A stretch of 62,704 bases of DNA, the filler included. It is 6 parts of 6 records of this genome, joined end to end, with 100 filler letters (N's around TTAATTAATTAA, not from the genome) between each part and the next. Parts side by side here need not be neighbours in the genome. Positions count along the whole stretch, not along the records: positions 20,706 to 30,440 come from SRR20825019_1221; positions 30,541 to 38,396 come from SRR20825019_1223; 4 more parts are not named here. The stretch is one strand, 5' to 3'. Positions 23,147-33,500 of this stretch are shown here, one piece after another. Made by a program: the position numbers and the translations under genes. The notes beneath the pieces are model-generated. The model was not told the DNA's origin. It was given only the letters and a program-made list of their open reading frames with translations, and did no database searches. Positions within the stretch are counted from its first letter, which is position 1. Each line of letters opens with the position of its first letter.

Positions 23147-23961
23147 CGCTTCTTGCTTTTGAAACAATGCCTTTTCCTTTCAAAATCTGTAACGCTTGAC
23201 GCGTGACCTTGCGTTGCCCAGAGGGTAAGTATATTTCTGTTGTACTCTTTGAGTTTGGTTCGCGGGGTTCTTTTTATGGATTCAGCAGAGTCCCCTATGT
23301 CACTTGACAACACACCAGCTTCGGTAGTCGGAGGCACGGTTGGTCCTGAGGAGATCCGCCGGTGCGGCCTCCCAGTTGCGACTGGCGACAACCCAACGCC
23401 GGGCAGGCAGTTTCCCCAGCCACCATGCATGTGGTGATCAATCGCAAACTGGCAGCGCCCACACGGAAAGGCAGTACGACTGACAGCCCACCCCAGCCTG
23501 GCCGGCTGGCAGCACGGGGCGGCTTAGTCATAACCTTCGGCTAATAGAATTCTTTCGTTATAATCAATGTAGAGGATAGGCGATATGGATTTACATATCC
23601 GATTTGAGACTAAATATGGGAGTGCAATTGACAGAGATCGGATGGATCACAGAGTCGTGGAATCCGGGTGGCGCTGAGAGATGTGGAAGCGCCTTTGAGG
23701 GTCCTCGGCCGCGCCCCGCACACTGCAGTTCTATGCATTCATTCTTGTCTTTGCCTACTCTATTTCCGGTTGCGCATGGGTGAAAGAGTATGAGGCGGTG
23801 ACATCCGCAACAACTCTCAGTGACACAACAGCAATCCCTTCTTGTATTTGGCTCTCCTTGCCAAGACTTTCGAAGTTCAGGCACAGAATATACCAAACAT
23901 GGCGATAGGAAAGTAGTAAGACATTCGCACGACAGCAATCTTTCAGGCAATTTATACGTCG

Positions 23962-24859
23962 TCAAGCGCCCACTAACGACGGAAAGAATTCTTGGACACA
24001 CTCTAACTCGCCACTCTTGACAGAACCTTCGCCAAAACTGACCGGACAAGGGGCGTGCTCCATCTTGAAAACCTCACCCTGAAGACCGAGGACATTCTCA
24101 CCAGCACTTTCATCAAGCATAGACCCTCTCGACTTCCGTAGTTGCTCACTAGAAAATGGAAAACAGTCAACACAAGGAGCCCCTTCTTAGAACTCATATA
24201 CTTACAGCTCCTTTTCAATGGCACTCTTAACCTTGTCTTTTCTTGCGGCAGTAATGAAATCCATCTTGTTACAGAAAATTAATACCGGGATAACCGGGAA
24301 ATCGTTTCGTGTGAAGAGATCATAAAGGAAGTCCGCAATATTGCTAACGTCTAAGTTGATTGTCGTGGAATCAACAACGAAAATTATCCCTCTTGCAGCA
24401 CTGCAGAGATGGCCAGTAAGCAAAAGCAAAAGCAAACCATTGCGTTGTCCATACCTTAGCTTCTCCCCAACAAGATACCTCAAGCGCTTGTGTCCAGGAA
24501 TATCTACAAGCTTCAGCTTCGGCATACTGGGCGCAACAAGCACGTCGGCCTCATTTTCCTTCATCGACGTGAAAGTCTGTATGTACTTGCCATCACGCAA
24601 CTGTTCAAATATCAAAAAAACGACACACTAGAAGGGAAGACCCTTGTACCTGAAAGAAGAGAGCAGTTTTCCCGCTACCCACAGTCCCGAGAACAAGAAC
24701 AGAGTTTCCTTTTTTTTCAGCCTTGCTTTTAGAGGAGCCAGCCATAGTCACCACGCCAACAATAACAATCGCCAAAATCGTTACGATAATCATTAAGGGA
24801 TTCACTGCAACTCCTGTGAGCCCATAAAGGGCGTCACTTAATGGCTGGAGAGCTTCCAT
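23962..24859 (-). CDS. SRPRB: Signal recognition particle receptor beta subunit, multi-exon
   Basis: N-terminal TM, VLVLGTVGSGKTALFFQL, QTFTSMKEN, LVDIPGHKRLR (SR-beta G3 DxPGH), GIIFVVDS and LIFCNKMD. Confidence 0.93.
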
Positions 24860-24959
24860 ATCGCGAGTTGGGCATAGTTTCATGAATCTTCACGTATTTG
24901 TAAGAGTATCGTGGGTAAGAACTTCAAAACTATCCGGTTTGCTCTGTCTTCGTACCTCG

Positions 24960-26260
24960 ACCAAAGAGCCCGGCTTCTGTCCCGTCTGCACGAGTCTGGG
25001 TCCGGAGACGTGGCGGGTCGATTAAAATTCCGTGACCCGGCACATCCAACCACCGGTCCGCCGGTGGCCGGTTTGACCAGCCTGCAGGACTGGGCGGGGT
25101 GGCCGGCACACGGGTCAGTTTTGGGCCGGAGCAGGCGAGGGTCAGTCGGCCGCTGCAACGGTCGGGTCCGGTGGTGTGACGCGCCGCGCCCGGCCGGCCC
25201 CCCCGGGAGCTGAGCCGGCCGCGCCGGCCGCGGCCCGCCGCCGGGGCCCGCAGGGGCCGGGCCGGCCATCCGAGCCGCCAGGCGCGGCGGCGGCCGGGCC
25301 GCGCCGGACCGGCCCGGGCCGGACTCCCTTGAGTTGGGCAGTGGTCCGGTTTGAGGCGTCGAAGACTGCCACTGAGAGCCTTCCAATTCATTAGTCAGTT
25401 CCGATCGACGCATTGTGTGATTGCCCGTGCCGGGGGCCGGTTCCTTGACGGAGAGCGCCTCCGCCTGACCGGACCAGTGCGGTCTAATGTAGTACGCCAC
25501 GGACTGATGGCGGGCCCACGATGGCGAGCGGCGGCCGCCCGGTGTACACACCGGCCCGCCCGCCCGGGCGCCCGCCGGCCGGTCCGGGGTCGGCCACGAC
25601 CGTGGGGCCGCGGCGCGGCGACCCGGACGCCCCCCCGCGCCGCCCGGGCCCGCGGGCGCGGGCGCGGCCGGCGTCAGTCACCGTGATGTCTGAATTGCCG
25701 GGCCGCCACCGACCGGACGGCCCCCCGCCGGCAGCCTCGCCCCCCGCCGCAGGGCCGGTCCGACCGGGTCGGGCCGGGCGCGCTCGGCGGGTGCCGGCGG
25801 CTTGTCATCCATCGAGCAGAGAGCCGACTCTGACCGGACCGGCCTGGGGGGCCGGGCGGGCCGCCCGGCGCAGCCCGGCCCGCCCGCCCCCCCGGCCCGG
25901 CCGGCCCCCCCCCGGTAGTCACGGATTGCGGGGGCCCGGCCCGTTCTGTGGAGTGCTGTCAGCCGGCCGGAGTCGGGCCCGGGCCCGGCTTGGCGCCCGG
26001 GCGCTGGAGGAGACAGGACCGGACGGGGGGCTGGCCGCAGGGGCGGCTCACGGCTTGGTCGTGCCAGCGGGCTCCGTGCGGGCGCCGCACCGGGCTGGGC
26101 CTCCGGCGACAGACTGTCCGTCCCGCTTGTCACGGCCCGCCCACCGGCACTGGTGGCCCTCTGCCCTGCCTCACCCAATTGCCTCACCCCGCGCAGGCTG
26201 ACCCGCGGGATACTTCATGACGAGCCTGGCAGATGGCCGGCTTGGCCGTCCCGAGTGCTC
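24960..26260. promoter_or_regulatory. GC-rich intergenic island between divergent genes
   Basis: About 1.3 kb of extremely GC/CCGG-rich sequence between SRPRB (-) and DENR (+). Only low-complexity R/P/G/A shadow ORFs. Confidence 0.6.
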
Positions 26261-26398
26261 CCTCCAACTCATGACACAGTTCGATAGGGTCCTCTGTTCT
26301 GTATCTCAAAGACTGAGGCTCGCTTGTTTTTGCATGCTATGACGTCTTCAAGAAATATAATTCTCTTGCCAGTAAGGACAATTAATTTAAGAATCCAT

Positions 26399-27412
26399 AT
26401 GGGAAAGAAAAAGGGAAAGAAAGGAAAGAAAGTAGAGTCTGACTCGGAATCGGAACACGACTCAACAGCAAGCGAGAGTGGTGACGAAGGAGGATCAAAG
26501 CTAAAACCTCTCGTTGTTGTTTATTGTGCTGGTAGGCGGGAGGAAGTTGAAGACTTTCATATACTAACTGTTTAACGAAGTCTGTGGTCTCCCCCCGGAG
26601 TTTTGCAGTTTCGGTTCGGCTTTTGAGAAATGCAAGCCTTGGCTGAAAGAGAATGCTCTTCATCTTTACCCCGAGCTTGGAGAAGGAGACGGTGGTGAGT
26701 ATAGGATCGGCACTGTTGAAAGGTTGTTGGATAGCTGAGTTCTGTTAAGCTGTTGAAGAAGCTTCTTCTTCTGTGAAGAAGATGGACTTAAACAAATTGG
26801 ATAAACTGGAAGGTGTGGCCACCGGAAAGAATAAGTGTGAGTATTAAGTGAGGAATTTATTCTATCTATACTTACCTGGAGATAGCCATCGAAGAGATTC
26901 AGAGCGCGAAGAAGGACGAATCGTTGAAAACCTTGCCAGGCGGGAAAATTAAGAAAAAGGTACATTGCACTTGTATGTGCCGAGATCAATGTTTAAATTA
27001 CCGATCTCCTTCGTACAGGCGGACCCAACAGTTGTGATTGCTAGGCAACAGCGCAACAAGCGAAAGTTTGTTACTTCAATTTCTGGTCTAGGGCACTTTG
27101 GTACGCATTTACTCTGAGCTTGGGGAGTAGTTCCATTGTTGACTCCCTTGTGCAGGTGTTAAGCTTGGTGATGCATCAAAAATATTTTCGAAGAAGTTCA
27201 GTTGCGGTGCTTCTGCCACGGATGGAACTATTGACATTCAGGGCGATGTTTTGGGTGAGGTGTTGGAATACATTGAGAAGAAGTCAGGCTGGGAGGTATG
27301 GTTTTCAGTGTCTCTGTCGTCCGCGAAGTGTACTGATATCTTCTAGATTCCGAGAGATGTTATCTGGGTAAGCGAGGATGGAAAGAACAAAGTGAAACTC
27401 ACGTCACGATAG
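26399..27412 (+). CDS. DENR: Density-regulated protein / Tma22 (SUI1-domain reinitiation and recycling factor), multi-exon
   Basis: Zn site VVYCA|VCGLPPEFCSFG..KCKPWL. SUI1 domain RNKRKFVTSISGL..SKKFSCGASA..IDIQGDV. Confidence 0.92.
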
Positions 27413-27576
27413 TGTATGGGCGTGACTGCTAAACTATGTCATTGAAATACAAACACACAAATATGATAGGAGCTTCATCACGAACTAGTTGTGTTTTCAA
27501 GAAATTTTACAGTTTTTTTTGGGAGGGTTTTCTTTTTTTTGTGGGGGTTATCAAAGGATACAATCGCCAAAGCTTT

Positions 27577-27774
27577 CTACTCTTCGACGTAGTTGGGATC
27601 CTTCTTGTCAATTGCACCACCAGGCATAGGCGCCTCACTTCCAGCACTGCCCCAGTTGCCCTTGCCTTCACCTCCCTTCTTCTCAGTTGCCTTCACGTTT
27701 GAAGAACCGTGCTTGTCGTAGCCACCATGGTTGGAGCCGTTGACGTTGGACATAACTTTCTTATCGTTCGTCAT
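27577..27774 (-). CDS. 65-aa microprotein with PDCD4/Stm1/SERBP1-like ribosome-binding motif
   Basis: Intronless ORF with KKGGEGKGNWG followed by IDKKDPNY. Codon usage is biased (AAG/AAC/GAC) and a TATA box lies upstream. Confidence 0.8.
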   Translation of the reverse strand: MTNDKKVMSNVNGSNHGGYDKHGSSNVKATEKKGGEGKGNWGSAGSEAPMPGGAIDKKDPNYVEE

Positions 27775-27840
27775 TATTGGAAGTTTGTAGTAGATAGCTC
27801 AAAAGAACTGTTTAAGTATTGTTTGTTGGTTTATGAGATA

Positions 27841-27848
27841 CTTTTATA
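27841..27848 (-). promoter_or_regulatory. TATA box of the microprotein gene
   Basis: Minus strand reads TATAAAAG about 67 nt upstream of the ATG at 27774. Confidence 0.55.
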
Positions 27849-27879
27849 AGCAGTGTCGCATTATAAGAAGTAGGCAAGT

Positions 27880-28700
27880 GGAGCTACGCGCTGGATTGAT
27901 GAGGATGGGGGGCTGACAGATTTCTCACCGGCACTGTAGCGCTCGCTGCCCCCGACCGCTGACAGACTGAGTGGCCGAATGGTGCTTGACCAGCACGGTG
28001 GTCGCCCGCACTGAGAGTCGCCGTCACCTTGAGGTCCGACTGGACATCAGTCGGCGTGGCGGATGCCGTTGGCGACGTCAAAGAGGCTGCGTCTCCGCAT
28101 CGCTAGTCCCTCATCAGTCCGACATCCGTGTGCCAACGCATGCGACGTCCCCGTCGCGTGAATCAGGCAACCTTGCCAAGTGCTGTCCGCTCAATCAATC
28201 AGTGAGTTCACTCATGAACAGGTTCCTAATGAGAGCACCTCATTCTTCCGTTGTATCGAGATAGTTCACTCATCGTTTGTGTTCTAAGAATAGAGGTAGG
28301 GTCAGGCCAACTTGGGCGGTTTGAGCCCGGGACAGTGACCGGCGGGTCCCAGGAAAGGACGTCATCCCCGGCGCCCGGCCACGCGGGCGTCCCGGCGCCA
28401 CCCGGCTGCTGGAGTCCCGAGCAGCCGGCGCGCGGCAGCACTGTCACTGACTGACAGTTGAAGCCGCGCGGCCGCACCCCGGCAGAGCCTTTGGTGACAG
28501 CTGACGTCACACCGGCTGTCGTCGCGCCTCACCAGGCGCCGCATAGGACTGGAGGATCCGCCGAATGCGCCCCACCTGAGAGCAAGGGCAGGCGCCGTCC
28601 AAGAATCCCGCCATGTGGGCTACAGCCCACACGATCGCACCCTTGCAGCCTGTGTACAAGCCTTGCAGGCCGCTTATCGGACTGGAACTCTGGGGCAGTT
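27880..28700. promoter_or_regulatory. GC-rich intergenic island between divergent genes
   Basis: GC-rich tract between starts at 27774(-) and 28786(+). Includes the inverted repeat ACTGTCA-CTGAC-TGACAGT at ~28440-28458. Confidence 0.5.
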
Positions 28701-28785
28701 GCGGTTTCAACAGCACTTATCGCGGCCAAACAATTGTAGCAGCTTGAAATATGAGTAGAACAGAAATGAAAACTGCAGGGACTCA

Positions 28786-30278
28786 ATGGATCACTCCGAG
28801 CACGACCACAGTTCGCATACGACCCCTGATGATAGCGCCGCGTCGACGGATGCTTCAGGTTCTCACGATGAAGGCCACGGTGGCCACGGTGGCCACGACC
28901 ATTCTGCGCACGGCGCTCAAATCAGAGAAACACATTTTGATACGGTCGGGAGCAGCGCCATGTTGCACGGTGTTGCCATGACTGCTTTGACCTGGATAGT
29001 CTTCCCCTACATTGTGTATCTGGCAAAGAACAACAAGTTCCCATTTGTTCGGGGGTAGGTTTCATGTGTCTATATTTCACACAATTATTTAAGTTGTCGC
29101 CACCTTTTTTCAGAGTGCTCTCTGCAATTAGTTTGGTCGTGATTGGTGTGTCCTCTGCCCACATGTTTATATATCAAGTTGCTCGGGGCAGGGCACCATC
29201 CCTGCACGGTACTGGTGGCTGGTTTACTCTGCTTGCCCTGGCTACTTTCTTTGCGTCTGAGCTCATGGCTTCTATGGAGTCTATCAAGAATATGGTACCA
29301 AGGGAATCTGCTCGTGGTTCTGTGAAAGCGGTGTGGAAGGGGATGGGATTGTTCATCTTCTTTGTCCTCTGCCCTCTAGTTTGGTTCTATGGAATCTATG
29401 AAGCTTTGGGTATGTTGAAGGAGCACTTCAACCAAGCGGGAGGGCATACTATGCCGGGAGGTGCCATGCTTATACTGTCAGGAAACATGATGTTTGGGCC
29501 AGTGAATGAGAGGAAAAAGCTCCTCTTTGAGGGAATGTAGGTTTATTATGATGTCATTGGTCCCATTTCTAACTTTTGTTTAGTGCACTGACGATATTTG
29601 GGTTCATGTATTTGTCGTTGGATCTTATGACTGGTTACTTTGCTGGTGGTTACGTGGGCCTCGTTGGAATACAACACATGTCCACTTCTCTATGCTGGGC
29701 TTTGGGTGGTTTGCTCACTCTGGTGTTGCTTCGCACTGGAAACGAGAAGTACAACAGCGCTGGCCTTGCTGCAGTAACTTATATTCACATACAAGTGATG
29801 CTTAATCACCCCAACCACAACCACGGCCAGCTTTCTATGGATCTTCACTCGTAAGCAGTTCATAGCAGATGGTTATAGCATGTTTTGCTGACTTAAATGG
29901 CACAGGATTCACACAGGTTTGATGGCTTGTACTCTCTTGCTCCGCATACTTGGCAATTGGTATCTGGCCGGTGTGTCGCTCGCTATGGCAGCTGGTATAT
30001 TTATTTCCAGCCAAGCCGGCTTTGCCATGCCCTTGGCAACAATGGGATGGCACTCCTCTGTGTATATGATGGTCACATTCGCGTCAACCCTTTTGGGAAT
30101 AACATATTTCACGCTACTGTTTGCAAACACTGCGGAAGAAGAGGAAGCTGGTAGAGGCACGCGCCCCCGGAGTTCATCCGGCCACGAGAAGCAGGGCTTC
30201 CTCGCAGTTTCTAGCCATGATCATGACATCGATGACTTGGATGTGGATCTGGAAGAGTTTGTTGGCACCCATAAGTAG
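28786..30278 (+). CDS. Polytopic membrane protein, YTP1/TMEM45(DUF716)-like, with His-rich N-terminus; multi-exon
   Basis: MDHSEHDHSSH..HGGHGGHDHSAH leader and many TM helices. Conserved-looking His motifs LHGVAM, SLHG, GGHTMPGG, IQHMS, MLNHP and IFISSQ. Confidence 0.65.
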
Positions 30279-30371
30279 TGCTATTGTATTAAATGAATGA
30301 AAAAGAAACGTGTAATAATGTAAAGAAACGATCACGAGCTTTCTCGAGGTTAGGTATTTATTGCCGGGCTT

Positions 30372-30440
30372 CAATCACGACGGCGGCGCTTGCGTCGAGA
30401 ATCACCCGATGACGACGATGAAGACGACGACGACGACGAC
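30372..30440 (-). CDS. 3' end of a truncated gene (poly-Ser then RRKRRRRD-stop)
   Basis: Minus-strand frame reads SSSSSSSSSGDSRRKRRRRD-TGA. The contig breaks in a (GAC)n repeat. Confidence 0.4.
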
Positions 30441-30540
30441 NNNNNNNNNNNNNNNNNNNNNNNNNNNNNNNNNNNNNNNNNNNNTTAATTAATTAANNNN
30501 NNNNNNNNNNNNNNNNNNNNNNNNNNNNNNNNNNNNNNNN
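30441..30540. other. Artificial contig linker
   Basis: N44-TTAATTAATTAA-N44. Confidence 0.98.
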
Positions 30541-33500
30541 TTCTGGTCGAAGATCGAAGCGCTTGATACCCAATGTACGCTTAATGCTAGTATGTACGCC
30601 TTCTTGTTGATGCCAAGCCTACCAACCCAGTACGTCGCCGGATCCAGTACCACTCCGTCGTCTTCTCAAGGTGATGCTGATCACAATGCTGCCACAGTAG
30701 TTCCTATCTCACCATCGAATCCACAGCTGACACTTCCACAGGTACAGGAGACGCGAGTACTATGGTCCTCGACCGTTATTGGATCCGAAGAGCGTGTTGC
30801 TCTGAGGCTTGTACAGCTCTCATCTGATGTTAATGGACACGTCATCCATCGTAGACTTCCGGCCGGTGGCTCCTCTGTCCCCAGAAGTGTTGCCACATTT
30901 GATGGTGAGCCCATCGTAACCATCTCATCACCACCACTACGACCCACTGACTCCTCCACCTCAAGAGCTTCAACTCCTGCGGAAACGCATCAAATTGAAG
31001 TTAAGTCAGCAGGTGCTGCGTTGCTACGTCGTGCGGTACAATTTATGACATTGATGGACTCGGTTGTACTACCCTGGCTTGAACACGTCCTCATCTACAT
31101 TCCCAGTACTGCAGCAGAATATCTCTACACACTCGCAAATGAAACCGCCGCGCCACAACATCGCCACCATCACCATAACCACTCCACTGGCCACGACGCT
31201 TCCAATAACAACATTCTACTTTCCAACCCCACCATCTTTGCACTTGTTGTAAAGTTGGGAGTGGAATTGAATGATGAAGGAATTGCTCTTCTAGTAGAGT
31301 TCCTAGTGGATAGGTGGAGTGCCACCGTTGCAGCTGTATCCGTAGCTGAGGTAAGCGACCCTTGTAGCTACTCACCCCTCATCAAAAACTCCTCTCTTCC
31401 CATGACACTGGCAGCTGTTCGAAGTGTTGCTACAACTCTCGCTTTCCTTAACAATGGGAACGATGCACAGGATGCAGCCTTCCTGTCCGAGGACCTACTT
31501 CGACACCCACGACAGGCCTTAGCGGGCATGATTGCGCTGTTAGACGATCCCTCTGTAACCATCCAGCAACAGGACTACAAGCTCCTCCGAAACCGGAAGT
31601 CATCGTCGCAGCCATCTGTAGCATCCTCACGTACATCTACAGCGTCACCAGGAGGGGGTAGCGGTGAGACCGTTGCCCACCATCACAACAATATAACAGC
31701 AGCATCTGCTTCACTTGAGGGGGTCTTTTCGCAGGAGTTCGTTATGGAGGGTAAGCAGGTTATTCATGCCCTCAGGGGCGTTCTGATGATGGCTCTATCC
31801 GAAATCAACAAATTGTACAAGACATCAGATCAAGGCCGTGGTGGTGGAATGTCATCCTTCTCTAGCAAGAACAACAACAACAACAACTCCTCTACAAGCT
31901 TACCCAATGCTAGCGTGTATAAACGCGCACCCAGTGGCGGCAGTTTGCTTCATCAACAGCAACAGCAACCATCGGAGCAAATACTGGTTATGTCACCACA
32001 ACAAAGCCCCACCTCATCCTACTGCAGTAGCGGTCTTATTGCTGCTGCAGGTGCAGTGGGTGGTGGTGGTGGTCGTGGAAGTAGAAATACAAGCAGTAAG
32101 GATACTGTTGGCGTGCAGTCACCCTTTTCCTCCCTTCGTCCTACATCACCCTCCTCGATGAAGCTCCCGCACATATCTCTCCCAACAGGTGCTTCTGATA
32201 CAAACAACAACAACAGCAATCACCCCAGTAACAATCATGCAGCCAACAATAACTATAACAATACTACTGGTGGCAGTATTGCCAAACTTTCAGATAGTAA
32301 ACTTAGAAGTGCAGCTGCAGCTATTATCCGGACGGCTATACGAGGCATGATGGACTCCACCGACATTAAGGTAGGTCCCCTTGGACAATGCATCTATATG
32401 CTCTGTTGTAAGCTAAGCGGCTCGAGACAATGGGAGCCCATCCCTAAGAACTCAGTATCGAGCCATCATTCCGGGGAGTTATTCAATGGCGCTGGATCTG
32501 GGTCATTAGATGACATTTTGCCTGATTCCGTCATGAATATACCGACCCAAAGCTTCCCCACCCCAGCCCTCTCTGCGACCTCCTCCTCTCGGGTACCACG
32601 TGGATACAGCAGTGCGTCTACTACTTCTAGCTTACTGTCTATGTTAGTGGCGGTATCCTTCCTGCGCTACTACGACGACGATAAGAAGGTTGCAGATACC
32701 CTTCCATTATCAGACCCTCCCACTAGCCTGATGATTGCAGATAGTGCAGTTGGGTTGGCGAAGTGGGTTGAGAGTATTGATGAAGAGACGTTTACAGCGA
32801 TGATGAATGCAGTGGAGCAACATGTCCTAGACACCTGCAGTGTATCCCTGCGACCACACCCCATGCAACACTCTTCACCTCGTGGTGGTGGTAAAAACGG
32901 TAATATCAGCATGAAGGCACTGAGTTGGATTTCTCAACCATCTAATGCGACTGTAGCCATCTTTGAGGCTGTTGTGGGGATATTGAAGCTGCATCGGGAG
33001 GATCTCTCCTCCTCAGTCACAACCATCATCCAGCCCCTGACACAACTACTGGTCAAGGCAAACTATGGCTTTGAGGCTGTATCGAAGCTTTTCCTCATAG
33101 TCCTGAGAGCCATGCTCTATCCCAAGAAATTCATGACGAAACCCAAAACTTCAACTACCAATGACGATGTGAATACTACAATAGACTCAGCGGTGTCGGT
33201 AGTGGTCATTCCACTGGGAGCACCTCCTAGTGTGCTGTCTCGTGTGGTGGCCACAATACTTAGAACGATACATGACTCGGTGTATTCTGGAGTTCCCTTT
33301 GTAACTAAATCGATAACTACACCAACTACTAAGAAATCATCCAACTCGCGTGTGTCAGAATCGGAAGCTGCTTCTCTCGCGACGACTGCAGAGGTGGCTA
33401 TTTCCAGTTTACCCAATGCGTTGATTTCGCAGGCGTCCTACAGTCTTGGTACTCACCTAGCATCACGTCCCGTACTGTTACAACCCATTGTTGTAAAGCC

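Noticed and set aside
24880-26220. Many overlapping 70-260 aa ORFs in the GC islands (also 2147-2569, 5653-6226, 9489-10270, 50210-51485)
   Set aside because: R/P/G/A-rich in all six frames with no motifs. Expected from stop-codon scarcity in extreme GC sequence.
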